A stretch of 32,000 nt of DNA from Methanothermobacter thermautotrophicus str. Delta H (lineage in GTDB: Archaea > Methanobacteriota > Methanobacteria > Methanobacteriales > Methanothermobacteraceae): contig NC_000916.1 of the NCBI RefSeq assembly GCF_000008645.1, positions 510,001 through 542,000 of the forward strand, written 5' to 3'. The notes under the pieces are model-generated. The model had not been told where the DNA came from and made no database searches. It saw nothing but the letters and a program-made list of their open reading frames with translations. Positions 8,418-19,517 of this stretch are shown here, piece after piece; position 1 is the stretch's first letter, and every line of letters starts with the position of its first letter. The position numbers and the translations under genes are program-made.

Positions 8418-9198
8418 GATTGAGAGGATAATCAACAGGAAGACGGACAGGACTGTCATAGTACCCCTCGATCACGGAGTCTCCATTGGACCCGTTCGCG
8501 GGATAATCGACATGGCAGGCACCATAGATGAGGTTGCAAGTGGCGGTGCAAACGCCGTTCTCATGCACAAGGGAATGGTCAGGAGTGGACACAGGGGATA
8601 CGGGAGGGACATAGGACTCATAATACACCTCTCGGCCAGCACAGGCCTCGGCCCCGACCCAAACCACAAGGTCCTTGTGACCTCAGTTGAGAAGGCCCTC
8701 AAGCTGGGTGCCGACGCGGTATCCGTCCATGTGAATGTGGGATCCGAAAGGGAACCCGAGATGCTGATAAAACTCGGAACCGTTGCAGAGATCTGTGATG
8801 ACTGGGGCATGCCCCTCATTGCCATGATGTACCCCAGGGGTAAGAAGATAGATGATGAGCACGACCCGGAGGTCGTGAAGCTGGCAGCCCGTGCAGGCGC
8901 AGAGCTCGGTGCAGACATAATAAAGACCAACTACACCGGTGACCCTGACACCTTCAGGGACGTTGTGAAGGGGTGCCCGGTCCCTGTGGTGATAGCTGGC
9001 GGACCAAAGATAGAGACAGAGGAGGAGCTACTCCAGATGGTCAGTGACTCTGTGGAGGCAGGGGGCGCAGGGGTCGCCATTGGAAGGAACATATTCCAGG
9101 CCGATTCACCTGCAAACATGACAGGGGCCATAGCAGGCATAGTCCATGATGGCCTGAGTGTCGAGGAGGCCGTCAGGATACTGAAGGGTGGCGAGTGA
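8398..9198 (+). CDS. aroA': 2-amino-3,7-dideoxy-D-threo-hept-6-ulosonate synthase (class I aldolase family, archaeal DHQ pathway)
   Basis: [32 protein letters not shown]...[10 protein letters not shown]...PVVIAGGPK matches the DhnA/FbaB-type aldolase fold of ADH synthase. Strong SD (AGGAGGGTG) lies before ATG 8398; the track ORF start at 8263 is an upstream extension. It sits adjacent to aroB'. Confidence 0.8.
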
Positions 9199-9199
9199 G

Positions 9200-10324
9200 A
9201 TGAAGTTCGCATGGCTCCTGGCCCCCGACACCTACTGGGATGAGAAGAAGACCTTCATAACGGCGGCCCTGGAATCAGGGATAGACCACATAGTGGACAC
9301 CGCCGATTCCGGGAGGATAAAGAAGCTCGGTAACCTGACCCTCATCTCCCCTGATGAGGACGCGGATATAGTACTTGTAGGTAGGGATGGTGAGGGTGAC
9401 GGGACCCTTGAACTCCCGGAGACCCTTGAGTACTCAAGGGACATTGAAATGGCATCAGAACTCAGTGAAAGTGGAAGACAGGTTGCAGCCTACGTGGAGA
9501 TAAGGAGCAAGGCCCATGAGGAGCTTGCCAGGAGGCTCGGGCGCGTCGTTGACTACCTCATACTGGTGGGTGAGGACTGGAAGATCATCCCCCTGGAGAA
9601 CATAATCGCAGACCTGCAGGAAGAGGATGTTAAACTCATCGCCGCGGTGGCTGACGTGGACGAGGCCCGGGTTGCCCTTGAAACCCTTGAACACGGAACC
9701 GACGGTGTCCTCATAGAACCGGCAGACATATCCCAGATAAAGGACATTGCAGCCCTCCTTGAGAATATTGAAAGCGAGACCTACGAACTTAAACCCGCCA
9801 CCATAACCCGCATCGAGCCCATCGGATCAGGTGACAGGGTCTGCGTGGACACATGCTCCATAATGGGGATAGGCGAGGGCATGCTTGTGGGTAGCTACTC
9901 ACAGGGACTGTTCCTGGTGCACAGTGAATCCCTTGAAAGTGAGTATGTGGCATCAAGGCCCTTCCGTGTCAATGCGGGTCCTGTACAGGCCTACGTCATG
10001 GTGCCCGGTGGCAGGACCAGGTACCTCTCGGAACTTGAAACCGGCGACGAGGTCATCATAGTGGACAGGGATGGCAGATCACGCTCCGCGATTGTGGGGA
10101 GGGTGAAGATCGAAAAGAGGCCCCTGATGCTCGTTGAGGCAGAGTATGAAGGCATGAAGGTCAGGACACTCCTCCAGAATGCCGAGACAATAAGGCTCGT
10201 GAATGATAAGGGTGAACCGGTATCTGTAAGTGAACTGGGTGAGGGTGACAGGGTCCTGGTCTACTTCGACGAATCCGCCAGGCACTTCGGGATGGCCATA
10301 AAGGAGACCATAATCGAGAAATGA
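9200..10324 (+). CDS. aroB': 3-dehydroquinate synthase II (archaeal type)
   Basis: [17 protein letters not shown]...GIDHIV... and the overall ~375 aa architecture fit archaeal DHQ synthase II. ATG 9200 lies 1 nt after the aroA' stop. Confidence 0.8.
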   Translation: MKFAWLLAPDTYWDEKKTFITAALESGIDHIVDTADSGRIKKLGNLTLISPDEDADIVLVGRDGEGDGTLELPETLEYSRDIEMASELSESGRQVAAYVEIRSKAHEELARRLGRVVDYLILVGEDWKIIPLENIIADLQEEDVKLIAAVADVDEARVALETLEHGTDGVLIEPADISQIKDIAALLENIESETYELKPATITRIEPIGSGDRVCVDTCSIMGIGEGMLVGSYSQGLFLVHSESLESEYVASRPFRVNAGPVQAYVMVPGGRTRYLSELETGDEVIIVDRDGRSRSAIVGRVKIEKRPLMLVEAEYEGMKVRTLLQNAETIRLVNDKGEPVSVSELGEGDRVLVYFDESARHFGMAIKETIIEK

Positions 10325-10367
10325 TGGTGTGTGAAGGAAGCCATGCCCCGCTACAGAAAGGGATAAA

Positions 10368-11318
10368 ATGTACCATGTGAAGTTGATAGGGCCCTCCGAG
10401 AAGGATGAAGTACTCGCTGAACTCTCAGATCTGAGGTTATTTGAGAGGAAGGCCAACCTGCACGGTGCCTGTGTCAAGCTACTGACCGATAACATCTCAT
10501 TCAAGGAGGAATGGGAGGCTAACTTCAAATTCATGAGCGACGATGTGAGGCCCCATGCAAAGGTATTCGCAATCTCAGATGGCGGGGACCTTGAGGTGCT
10601 CTACGAGCCGGTATCAAAAACCGTGATAATCAGGAACTGCGACTACTATGGCTGGGTTAAGAGCATAGCCCCTTGCAGCGGTCTCAGACTTCTTCGAGGA
10701 GTATCACTCAGAGCATCGCCGCTACTCTGTCCACGGTTCAGCCCTTGACAGGAAGGGGGATGGTCTGCCATCATCGGCCCACCCGGGACAGGGAAGACGA
10801 CCCTCACCTACGGCCTCCTCCTTGATAGGGACTACAGCTACATATCAGATGACTGGTTCTTCACCCGCCTCTTTGAGAACGGCGTCCTGGTATACGCCTC
10901 AGAAAAGAACTCCTACATAAGGGATGACATCGGGGATGTCTGGGGTGAGTACTCGGATATCATAAGATCTGTTAAACTTGACAGCATGGGGAGGGGCGTC
11001 GCAGATGTGGGCATGCTCTTCAGGGACAGGATAAGGGACTCCACCACCCTCAAAAGGGTCGTGCTCCTTGAGAGAAACCCTGCAAACCCTCCACTCAGGA
11101 GGCTGAATGCCAGGGAGGGCCTGGAGTACATGGCCGGAAACGACTTCTGCAACCCCCACCAGCTCATACGGGATGAAAGGAAAACAGGACTCAGGAGGGA
11201 CTTCTTCATGGAACTCTTCAGCAGGGTGGATCTGTACATCCTCAACACCATCGAAACACCCAGGGAGAGCCTTGAAAGGCTCAGAAGCCTTGAACATAGT
11301 GGGGAGGTTAAGCAATGA
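10368..11318 (+). pseudogene. HPr-kinase/PEPCK-like P-loop protein, disrupted by a +1 insertion (C4 run 10669-10672) and a -1 deletion (about 10777-10780)
   Basis: Frame 0 gives ...NCDYYGWVKSIA. The conserved-looking continuation LAAVSDFFEEYHSEHRRYSVHGSALDRKGDGL lies in frame +1. The sequence then returns to frame 0 at (A)IIGPPGTGKTTLTYGLLLDRDYSYISDDWFF... and stays open to 11318. Frame 0 hits TGA at 10746 in between. Confidence 0.75.
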
Positions 11319-11869
11319 AGGTCAGAGCATTCCTTGCAGTTGACCTCGATGAGGGACTGCGGGACCATGTATCCAGGATACAGGATACCCTCAAATCTGC
11401 GGATGCCCAGGTCAAATTCGTTGAACCAGAGAACCTGCACTTCACCCTCAAGTTCTTCGGTGATGTTGGTGAGGGTAAGCTCAGGAGGATAGAGAATGTG
11501 GTGAGGGACACCCTCCGAGGCTATGAGCCCTTTGAAATCAGCATAAGGGGGGCTGGTGTCTTCCCGAACCCCAGATACATACGTGTGGTCTGGCTAGGAG
11601 TTGAAAACCCTGAAACCTTCTCAGATCTTCAGAGGAGCCTTGACATGGAATTCGTGAAGATGGGGTTCCGTCCTGAGAGGGACTACGTACCCCACCTCAC
11701 AGTAGGGAGGGTTAAGGGACCGAGGAACAGGGATAAACTCGCTGAGCTCATAGGGGAACTTCAGAACGTTGAGGTCGGATCAATGAGGGTCAGTGAGGTG
11801 TCCCTCAAGAGGAGTGAACTCACACCTGCAGGGCCAATCTACACTGATATGGAGGTCTTCAGACTTTGA
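11315..11869 (+). CDS. thpR: RNA 2',3'-cyclic phosphodiesterase / 2'-5' RNA ligase (2H phosphoesterase family)
   Basis: Two HxT/S motifs (HFTLKFFG and HLTVGRV) and a length of ~184 aa. ATGA overlap with the upstream gene. Confidence 0.85.
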   Translation: MKVRAFLAVDLDEGLRDHVSRIQDTLKSADAQVKFVEPENLHFTLKFFGDVGEGKLRRIENVVRDTLRGYEPFEISIRGAGVFPNPRYIRVVWLGVENPETFSDLQRSLDMEFVKMGFRPERDYVPHLTVGRVKGPRNRDKLAELIGELQNVEVGSMRVSEVSLKRSELTPAGPIYTDMEVFRL

Positions 11870-11901
11870 GGTTCTGATCCGACCCCATGAGTGGCAGAAA
11901 A

Positions 11902-11907
11902 TTTTTT
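11902..11907 (+). terminator. T6 tract about 33 nt after the thpR stop; candidate terminator
   Basis: aaaattttttgatt in the intergenic region. Confidence 0.3.
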
Positions 11908-12009
11908 GATTCATGGCCCCCTATATGGATAGCTGGTGCACTCTCACTCCGGTTCCTATCCTGGATTAGTTTATCTGCAGTTTACTTCAATTCTTCATGG
12001 TGATGATTT

Positions 12010-13374
12010 ATGACCACAGACTACAGCAACATACTCAAAACCATAAAACCCGACGGTGATGAATACCGGAGGGTCATGGAACTATCAGACAGTCTCGTTG
12101 AGTGCCTGAATGGACTCGCAGAGGAACAGGGAATAGACGCCGAGGCCGTCCTCGTGGGTTCAGTTGCCAAGGGGACCTGGCTTTCAGGTGCTGCAGACAT
12201 TGACATATTCATACACTTTCCCCTCACGACCCCAGAGGATGAACTCAAGGAGAGTGGCCTCAGACTCGGCTATGGATGCATAGAGAGGTTCGGTGGTGAA
12301 GCCGAGGAAAGATACGCATCCCACCCCTATGTAACCGGTTACATTGACGGCTATGAGGTGGACTTCGTCCCCTGTTACCGGATAGATGATGCATCCATGT
12401 TAAGGTCGGCCGTTGATCGGACCATACTCCACACAAGATATATACAGGAGAACCTCAGGGATGAGCAGAGAGATGATGTGCTCCTCCTTAAGCAGTTCAT
12501 GAAGTCAACAGGGACCTACGGTTCAGAGTTCCGTGTTGGTGGCTTCGCAGGGTACCTTGCCGAGCTGCTGGTGCTCCGCTACGGCGACTTTGAGGGAGTC
12601 CTCGAGGGTGCCCTTCAGTGGAGGCCCGGATACATAATAGACCTTGAGGGCCACGGGACAGGTAAGGGATTCGAGGATCCCCTGGTGGTGGTTGACCCTG
12701 TTGATAGAAACAGAAACGTTGCAGCGGCCCTGACACTCCAGAGGATGGCTGAATTTGTAACCGCATCCCTGAACTTCCTGGGGAACCCGAGCCCAGAGTA
12801 CTTTCAACCCCCCAGCTACTCCACAGATGCCGCTGAAATAACCGGGACCCTCAGCTGCAGGGGTTCCAGGGTCATCGTCATCTCAACGGGAGTCCCGGAT
12901 GTACCCTCAGATGCCCTCTACCCCCAGCTGAGGAAGACCCTTGATTCTGTGGTTAAGAACCTTGAGGCGGAGGGTTTCTCTGTCCTGGGAGCTGACTACT
13001 GGAGTGATGAGAGCAAGTCAACATTTATGGTCCTTGAGATGGATGTATGGGAGCTCCCTTCATACCTGAAGAGGTATGGTCCCCCTGTATGGTCCCGACG
13101 CCACAGGGAGAGATTCCTCAGGAAGCATGAGAGGGTCTGGGTTGAGGGATCCAGGCTCACCATAGAATCCCCCAGGAGGCACAGATCCGCAGTTTCATAT
13201 CTGAGGGACCTGCTTTCAAAGCCGGATAGGCTGAGGATGGGTAAACATATAGGGGTGGAGATCAGGAGGGGCTTCAGTGTTGATCTCCTTGATGATGTAA
13301 TCGGAGAAGCTGAAAAGGAATTTCTGGAGTTCATGGATGCATTCCTGAACCCCTGGAAGGCCCTTGAAAGATGA
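12010..13374 (+). CDS. cca: CCA-adding enzyme (archaeal class I tRNA nucleotidyltransferase)
   Basis: LVGSVAKGTWLSGAADIDIF (Pol-beta-type NTase motif), RTILHTRYI, and ~450 aa archaeal CCA architecture. Confidence 0.9.
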   Translation: MTTDYSNILKTIKPDGDEYRRVMELSDSLVECLNGLAEEQGIDAEAVLVGSVAKGTWLSGAADIDIFIHFPLTTPEDELKESGLRLGYGCIERFGGEAEERYASHPYVTGYIDGYEVDFVPCYRIDDASMLRSAVDRTILHTRYIQENLRDEQRDDVLLLKQFMKSTGTYGSEFRVGGFAGYLAELLVLRYGDFEGVLEGALQWRPGYIIDLEGHGTGKGFEDPLVVVDPVDRNRNVAAALTLQRMAEFVTASLNFLGNPSPEYFQPPSYSTDAAEITGTLSCRGSRVIVISTGVPDVPSDALYPQLRKTLDSVVKNLEAEGFSVLGADYWSDESKSTFMVLEMDVWELPSYLKRYGPPVWSRRHRERFLRKHERVWVEGSRLTIESPRRHRSAVSYLRDLLSKPDRLRMGKHIGVEIRRGFSVDLLDDVIGEAEKEFLEFMDAFLNPWKALER

Positions 13375-13410
13375 TCCCATAACCCCCTACTATCTACTAA
13401 CCCGGAAAGG

Positions 13411-14382
13411 CTATTCCCTCTCATCCACAAACCTGGGGACAGCGCTCTTAAGGGGGTCAAAGGTCTCAGGATTTTTAACTTCCATGCAGATCATGCTGAC
13501 CTTTGAGTGCAGTGATGTTGGGAGTCTCAGTATCCTCTTGAGGTCAATGGTCACCTTGGCATCAAGCATCCTCATGTTAATCTTCGATATCCCCTTAACA
13601 AGTCTCGGGTAAACCCTGGGACCGATCACTGACCTGAACTCCCCCCACCTGTCCTCAAGGATGAGGTTCCTGTTCCTGACTGCAGTCTTAACTGTCCTTG
13701 CAGTGACATCCTCGATATCCTCATCACCCCTCAGGTGAAGAAGCACATGCCTTGCCCTCTCAGTGAATACCCTGTGATATCCCAGTGGTATGGAGAAGTG
13801 CTCCATTTCATAGGATGATACCCCATCGGTAAACTTCCTCCGCGGCTCCCTTGCACCTGCGGTGTACCGCAGTATCTCAGCCCTCACCTCCGAGCCGAGC
13901 TCCATGACCTCGGGGTCGAGGACCCTAACATGGTAGCCCCTCCCTGAGTATATGACATGGATGTCGCCCAGGCCCAGGTCCCCCTTCAGGGTGTCAACCA
14001 TCATGAGGACCAGTTCCCTTGCCTCATCAAGGCATGTGGGGCATACACCGTCACACTCACATGATCTCACAGGGAGGTCCTTGGCATCAACATCGAATAT
14101 GAGTTCGGACCGCTGCCACCCCTTCCTCTTCCAGGGTTCCCTGTAGAACGCCACCGAGGAGTATGCTGCGAATGGGTAACGGACCCTCATGAACCTTGCC
14201 AGACTCCTCTCATCCCTGAAGACCCTGTACCTGTCACTGGGTCCCCTGCCATTGTGGTCGAACCCGAATTCCCTCATATGGAGGTTATCAGCTATGAAGT
14301 CAGGAAGGTCCCTGACATTCCACTCCTCACGGTAGTACCTCTTCCTCTCAAGGGGTGTTGCCGGTTCGAACATGGGCATCAT
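13411..14382 (-). CDS. priS: DNA primase small (catalytic) subunit PriS
   Basis: MFEPATPLERKRYYREEW..., the ELIFDVDAKD catalytic acidic motif, the Zn-knuckle CECDGVCPTC and SGRGYHV. Preferred start is ATG 14382, forming an ATGA overlap with the priL stop and preceded by GGAGG. The track start at 14415 is in frame upstream. Confidence 0.9.
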   Translation of the reverse strand: MMPMFEPATPLERKRYYREEWNVRDLPDFIADNLHMREFGFDHNGRGPSDRYRVFRDERSLARFMRVRYPFAAYSSVAFYREPWKRKGWQRSELIFDVDAKDLPVRSCECDGVCPTCLDEARELVLMMVDTLKGDLGLGDIHVIYSGRGYHVRVLDPEVMELGSEVRAEILRYTAGAREPRRKFTDGVSSYEMEHFSIPLGYHRVFTERARHVLLHLRGDEDIEDVTARTVKTAVRNRNLILEDRWGEFRSVIGPRVYPRLVKGISKINMRMLDAKVTIDLKRILRLPTSLHSKVSMICMEVKNPETFDPLKSAVPRFVDERE

Positions 14383-15683
14383 TCCTCCTTCTCCCCGCTT
14401 GATCTGAGCTTCCACCTCTTCCTGTTGTAGTAGGTCAGAGGATTGGAGATGCTGCTGCAGAGTTTATCAGGTCTGCAGAGGTCCGGGAGGTGTATTTTGA
14501 TCTTCTCACAGCTCATGGGCGTATACCATTTGCTTTCGCCCTCATTTTCCAGTTCAGGCATGTCGTGGACACCGAAGCCCAGCTTTGCAGTTATGTTCAG
14601 TTTCTCCTGTGGATCGTCCTCAAAGAGGGGTGGTTCGCATCTATCTGCGGCATCATAGATCACTGGCAGTATCTCCCCCAGGGTTATCCTGAGGTCGGGG
14701 TCAAGGTCAGAGACCTTCATGGGGGTCCTGTCCCTGAAGACCGATGGGTAGAGGCGTGCATAGGATATGAATGACGTTAGAAGGAGTACTATGGCGTCGT
14801 TCCTGTTGCCGGACCTAACCCCATCCAGTGTCCCCCTTATGCATGGCGGGAAGGCCTCCTGGACAAGCTTACCGGGTCTTGCAGATTTAACAGGGCCTCC
14901 TGTGAATGACATTATCTCCTCAACGGTCTCCCTTATCCTTTCTGCTGTTTCAAGTATGAGGGGGTGGACCTCCACCGTTGAACTCATCTCCCTGACCATC
15001 CCTATGTACTCCTCTGTCCTCTGCATTATCATGCGGGATATCATCGTCTCCCTGACCTCAAGACCTACGAGGATGTCGTAGAGCCTGTCAGGACTCCGGT
15101 CCCTTATACTGTCCTGGAAGCTGGTTATGAATTCGTCCCTGTCTATTATGACCCTCCCCTCCTTGAGGATGAGGTCTGTGAGCTTCAGTTTCCCTGAACC
15201 GAGGAGGTCGGCCAGCTCCGTCCACCTGAGGCCCTCTGAACCCAGTTCATAGAGAACCTCAGCCATGATCTCCTCCCTTTCACCCCCAAAGACGTTGAGG
15301 CGGTCCTCCACCATGGCCCCTGCAGACTCAACCACCAGCCTCGCCTCCCTTGAGGCCTTCATGAATCCAGCGCCTGCTGCCTGGGCAAGGATATAGAAGG
15401 CCAGCACATCGTACTCCTCAATCTCAGGGTTCATAAGGTAGGCGTAGTCTCTGTGGTTGAAGTCCTTTCTCTGTCTCCTGAGGTACCATTCGAGGCGTTT
15501 AACTGCAAGTTCAGCGATGCTGGCCGGGAGGAGTGAATTGTCTGCAAGGTTCTGTCCGCGTGTGCGCCTCCCTATCTCAAGGAGCTCATCCCTTGTATCG
15601 TCTATGGTGTCCAGTGATCCGTATTTCCTCACGATTTCCCTGGCATCCTCTGAGAAGGGGTTTATGAAGAGTGAAGATACCAT
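14379..15683 (-). CDS. priL: DNA primase large subunit PriL
   Basis: ~430 aa, immediately upstream of and translationally coupled to priS. The C-terminal domain has conserved Cys residues (PPCIRG, ...MSCEKI..., LCRPDKLC) consistent with the PriL Fe-S domain. Confidence 0.85.
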   Translation of the reverse strand: MVSSLFINPFSEDAREIVRKYGSLDTIDDTRDELLEIGRRTRGQNLADNSLLPASIAELAVKRLEWYLRRQRKDFNHRDYAYLMNPEIEEYDVLAFYILAQAAGAGFMKASREARLVVESAGAMVEDRLNVFGGEREEIMAEVLYELGSEGLRWTELADLLGSGKLKLTDLILKEGRVIIDRDEFITSFQDSIRDRSPDRLYDILVGLEVRETMISRMIMQRTEEYIGMVREMSSTVEVHPLILETAERIRETVEEIMSFTGGPVKSARPGKLVQEAFPPCIRGTLDGVRSGNRNDAIVLLLTSFISYARLYPSVFRDRTPMKVSDLDPDLRITLGEILPVIYDAADRCEPPLFEDDPQEKLNITAKLGFGVHDMPELENEGESKWYTPMSCEKIKIHLPDLCRPDKLCSSISNPLTYYNRKRWKLRSSGEKEE

Positions 15684-15946
15684 GTTTAAATCTTATACCG
15701 GTTGACCCATAAAGGTATCGAAGTGTTCCATCACATCGAACCGCAGTTTTGGGCATGCTGATCTGGCCTTGAGGTTGTGGTTTCCCTGAATCCAGTACCT
15801 CAGCGGCGTGTTGCCGTGATTATGACCGCAAGACATGGACTCAAATAAATTTATATAGAAGTAAACCGTAAATTAAACTGGATTTAATTGCCTTAAATCG
15901 ACCCGTCTTATTCTGATCTGGTTCATGATTCAAGGAGGAGTTTGAG

Positions 15947-17902
15947 TTGAGTAAAGTATTTATCACCTGCGCACTTCCATATGCCAACGGCCCCACGCAT
16001 CTCGGTCATCTGAGGTCAACCTACATACCTGCAGACATATATGCGAGGTACCGGAGACTCAGGGGCGATGATGTCCTCTTCGTCTGTGCCACCGATGAAC
16101 ACGGAACTCCCATAGCCGTGAAGGCAGAGGCCGAGGGCAGGACCCCCCTGGAGGTCGCCACCCGCTACCATGAAATGATAAGGGGGGACCTTGAGAGGTG
16201 TGACATATCCTTTGACAGTTTCACCAGGACCACAGATGAGCTCCACCACGAGATAGCCCAGAAATTCTTCCTTAAACTCTACGAGAAGGGCTTCATATAT
16301 GAGAAGGACATAAAACAGCTCTACTGTGGGGACTGCCAGCGATTCCTCCCTGACAGGTACGTTGAGGGCACCTGCCCCTACTGTGGAAGTGAGGGTGCGC
16401 GTGGAGACCACTGCGAGGGCTGTGGAAGGCACCTTGAGCCGCTCCAGCTTGAGGATCCGCGCTGTATGGTATGCGGGTCAGAACCAGAGGTCAGGGACTC
16501 CCGGCACTACTTCTTCCGCCTGAACCAGTTCCAGGATGAAATCAGGGAGTGGATCGAGGGCTCAGAGATGCCATCAAATGTGAGAAATTACGCCATCCAG
16601 TGGCTCCGCGAGGGCCTGAAGGACTGGATACTCACAAGGGACATGGAATGGGGTGTCCAGGTACCACTGGAGGGGAACGAGGGTAAGATCATATACGTGT
16701 GGGGTGAGGCCTTCCTTGGCTACATCTCATCTGCAGCCGCCTGGAGCAAAAAAACCGGGAGGGACTGGAGAGAATACTGGGACTCCGGCGCCATCCACTT
16801 CATCGGAAAGGACATAATATACCACCACGCCATATTCTGGCCAGCCCTCCTGATGGCGTATGGCTGCAGGACCCCCGCGAACATAATAGCCGGGGAGTAC
16901 CTGTCACTTGAGGGCCAGAAGATGTCCACCAGTAAAAACTGGGTGGTCTGGACATCAGACTTCCTTGAAAGGTTTGACAGGGACCTTCTCAGGTACTACC
17001 TCACCGTCAACGCACCCCTCACCAGGGACACTGACTTCTCATGGGACGACTTCCAGAGGAGGGTTAACGATGAACTGGCCGATGTCCTCGGGAACTTCCT
17101 GCACAGGACCTTCTCATTCACAGGTAGGTTCTTTGACGGGAGGGTCCCGGCTGCAGGTGAACTTACAGCTGAGGACCTGGAATTCCTTGAATCAATCAGG
17201 GCCGCCCACGACACCGTCGCTGAACTCCTGGACAAATTCCAGTTCAGGGATGCCCTGATGCACATAATCAAACTTGCCAAGAGGGGTAACAAGTACTTCA
17301 ATGACCAGGAACCCTGGAAGGCCGTTAAGGAGTCACCCGCCAGGGCCTCAACCTGCCTCCACCTCTGCAATCTCCTGGCAGCCAACCTCGGGAAACTCTT
17401 GAGGCCATTCATGCCATCAGCAGCAGGCAGGATACTCTCCATCATGAACCTGGAGGATGAAGCCTGGGGATTCCATGAACTCAGGGAGGGACAGGTGATA
17501 GAGAGGGCGAAGCCCCTCTTCTCCAAGATAACTGACGAGGCAATTGAGGAGGAGAAAGCAAAACTCATTGAGGAGGATGATGAAGTGGAAACCGTGACAA
17601 TCGACGACTTTACAACTATGGACATAAGGGTTGGCGTGATAAGATCAGCCGAGCGAATAGAGGGATCAGACAAGCTCCTGAAGCTCATAATAGATGTGGG
17701 TGAGAGGGAGATGCAGGTTGTTGCAGGACTTGCAGAGAAATACAGCCCCGAAGATCTTGTTGAGAGGAAGATTACAGTGCTTGTGAACCTCAAACCCGCG
17801 AAACTCTTCGGTGTGAAGTCAGAGGGCATGGTACTTGCAACAGGAGAATCCCTCAACATACTCGACCCCGGGGACGCCGAAGTCGGTGAAAGGATAAGGT
17901 GA
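15947..17902 (+). CDS. metG: Methionyl-tRNA synthetase with C-terminal tRNA-binding (Trbp111/EMAPII-like) domain
   Basis: HLGH (HIGH motif), KMSTS (KMSKS motif), Zn-knuckles CPYCGS...CEGCG...CMVCGS, and the C-terminal FTTMDIRVG...[23 protein letters not shown] start preceded by AAGGAGGAG. Confidence 0.95.
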
Positions 17903-17939
17903 GTGGAAGGCCCTGTACCCTGTGTCTGGAGAATGATAA

Positions 17940-19517
17940 ATGAATGAATCAGGTCTCATTGCAAGGTCAGAGAGGTTCCTTGAGAGCATAAAGGACAGGA
18001 AGGTTTCGCTGGATGATTTAAAGTCCGTGGAAGGATTCATTGACCTGTACACATACCTGCGGGGGAACCTCGAGGAACTTCAGGATCTCAAGGAGGCCAT
18101 GGAGCTGCGGGGATTCAAGTATCCCTTCAGGTCAATATCAGGGTACAGCAGTCAGTACTCCCCTGAAATCGCTGAGGACGTCCATGATATTAAAAGGCAC
18201 GCCCAGTACTTCCGGATGAAGGCCTCTACAAAGAAGAACCTCCTTGACAGGGTGAACTCCGCCATATCATCCCACAGGATAGCCCTCGGGAACCTTGAGG
18301 AGTACGCCCTCCTGCAGTGCCCTGACTGCTCAAGGTCCCTCCGGCTTTCTGAGGTTGAATACCAGGACATCCTGGATGGTGTGATGTGCCCATGTGGCTC
18401 GGGTAGGATGGAGATTGAATTCAGCGGATCTGCCATCTGCCGGCCTGAAATAATACCCCACCTCCCCCTCTCAGGTGACTACATGGTCAAGATGTCAGAG
18501 CTGAGCCTCTGGGCCAGGAAGGCCTTCAAGAAGATAATGAGGCTCTTCAAGAACGAGAAGAAGGGGGCCGTGAGATCAGCCACCCTCGTGATAAAGGTCC
18601 TTGAGGATGGGAGGTGGATAAGAAGGCGCATAACCATTGACAGTGACGATAACGACTATGAGAGGATGCTGAGGCAGAGGTACGGTCCAAACGTGAGGAT
18701 AGAACTGATACAGTTCCACAGGAAGAAATCCAGCATAATAAACGATCGCTACACAAGGACAGCCCTTGCCCTTGGATACGCCGGCCTCTCACATGACATA
18801 ATAATGGATATAAAGGAGAGGGTCTACAGTGAGAAGCTGCGGGACTATGATGCTGTGAAGAGATACAGGAGGATACTCTTCGAGGCCAGGACCTATTCAC
18901 CTGATCTGAGGCTCTCAGAGGATGAACTGCAGGAGGTCAGGGTGCAGAAGATGCATGATCTACTTCATGAGGCAGGTCTCGGTGACTCCGGGGGGAGGTT
19001 AAACCGGGAACTCAGGGAGGACCTTGAGGTGATGGAGGAGGTTAAGAGGGAACTCTTCAGGGACGTCCCTGTGAACCTCGTCCTATGGGACGTTGCCCTA
19101 TACTACCTGGGCACATCACTGGACAGAAGGTCAAAGCACGCAGGGCCCTTCCCGAACCTGCGGCCGGTCCTTGACAGGAGCCAGGTGAGGACCTTCGATG
19201 AGCTCAGCAGGGACGCTGTGGATCTTCTCAACACATGCTGGGAGGGGGGAATGGTCTACATCGATAAACTCGGGGATGTTCTTCTTAAGAAGTTTGAGAT
19301 CGAGGATAAGATGAAGGGACTCCATATGAAACCGAACCCACTCGCCTTCGGTGCCGCTGTGCTCCACATGGAGGGTGAAGCTGACATTGAAACCTGCGCT
19401 GAGATCTTCCATGTCAGGGTGGAGGAGGTTGTTGAGGAGAAGAGGAACATAGAGAACCTGGGTAAGCCCTCAACGGACCGTGCAAAGATGTTCCTAAATC
19501 TCATAAAAGGTGATTGA
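17940..19517 (+). CDS. Conserved hypothetical protein (525 aa) with a Zn-ribbon-like CxxC...CxC motif
   Basis: Long ORF with coding-like composition. CPDCSRS...(17 aa)...CPCGSG cysteine pairs; the remainder looks helical and charged. No family is confidently recognised. Confidence 0.6.
   Translation: MNESGLIARSERFLESIKDRKVSLDDLKSVEGFIDLYTYLRGNLEELQDLKEAMELRGFKYPFRSISGYSSQYSPEIAEDVHDIKRHAQYFRMKASTKKNLLDRVNSAISSHRIALGNLEEYALLQCPDCSRSLRLSEVEYQDILDGVMCPCGSGRMEIEFSGSAICRPEIIPHLPLSGDYMVKMSELSLWARKAFKKIMRLFKNEKKGAVRSATLVIKVLEDGRWIRRRITIDSDDNDYERMLRQRYGPNVRIELIQFHRKKSSIINDRYTRTALALGYAGLSHDIIMDIKERVYSEKLRDYDAVKRYRRILFEARTYSPDLRLSEDELQEVRVQKMHDLLHEAGLGDSGGRLNRELREDLEVMEEVKRELFRDVPVNLVLWDVALYYLGTSLDRRSKHAGPFPNLRPVLDRSQVRTFDELSRDAVDLLNTCWEGGMVYIDKLGDVLLKKFEIEDKMKGLHMKPNPLAFGAAVLHMEGEADIETCAEIFHVRVEEVVEEKRNIENLGKPSTDRAKMFLNLIKGD

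Noticed and set aside
10079-10534. 151-aa minus-strand ORF spanning the aroB' 3' end and the next gene's 5' end.
   Set aside because: It lies antisense to two well-supported plus-strand genes and crosses their intergenic spacer. It has no motifs.
15684-15946. Possible small RNA, tRNA or C/D-box sRNA in the GC-richer part of the priL-metG intergenic region, and likewise in the other spacers.
   Set aside because: I could not find cloverleaf-compatible pairing or properly spaced C (RUGAUGA) and D (CUGA) boxes by eye. A covariance-model scan would be needed, and I make no call without it.
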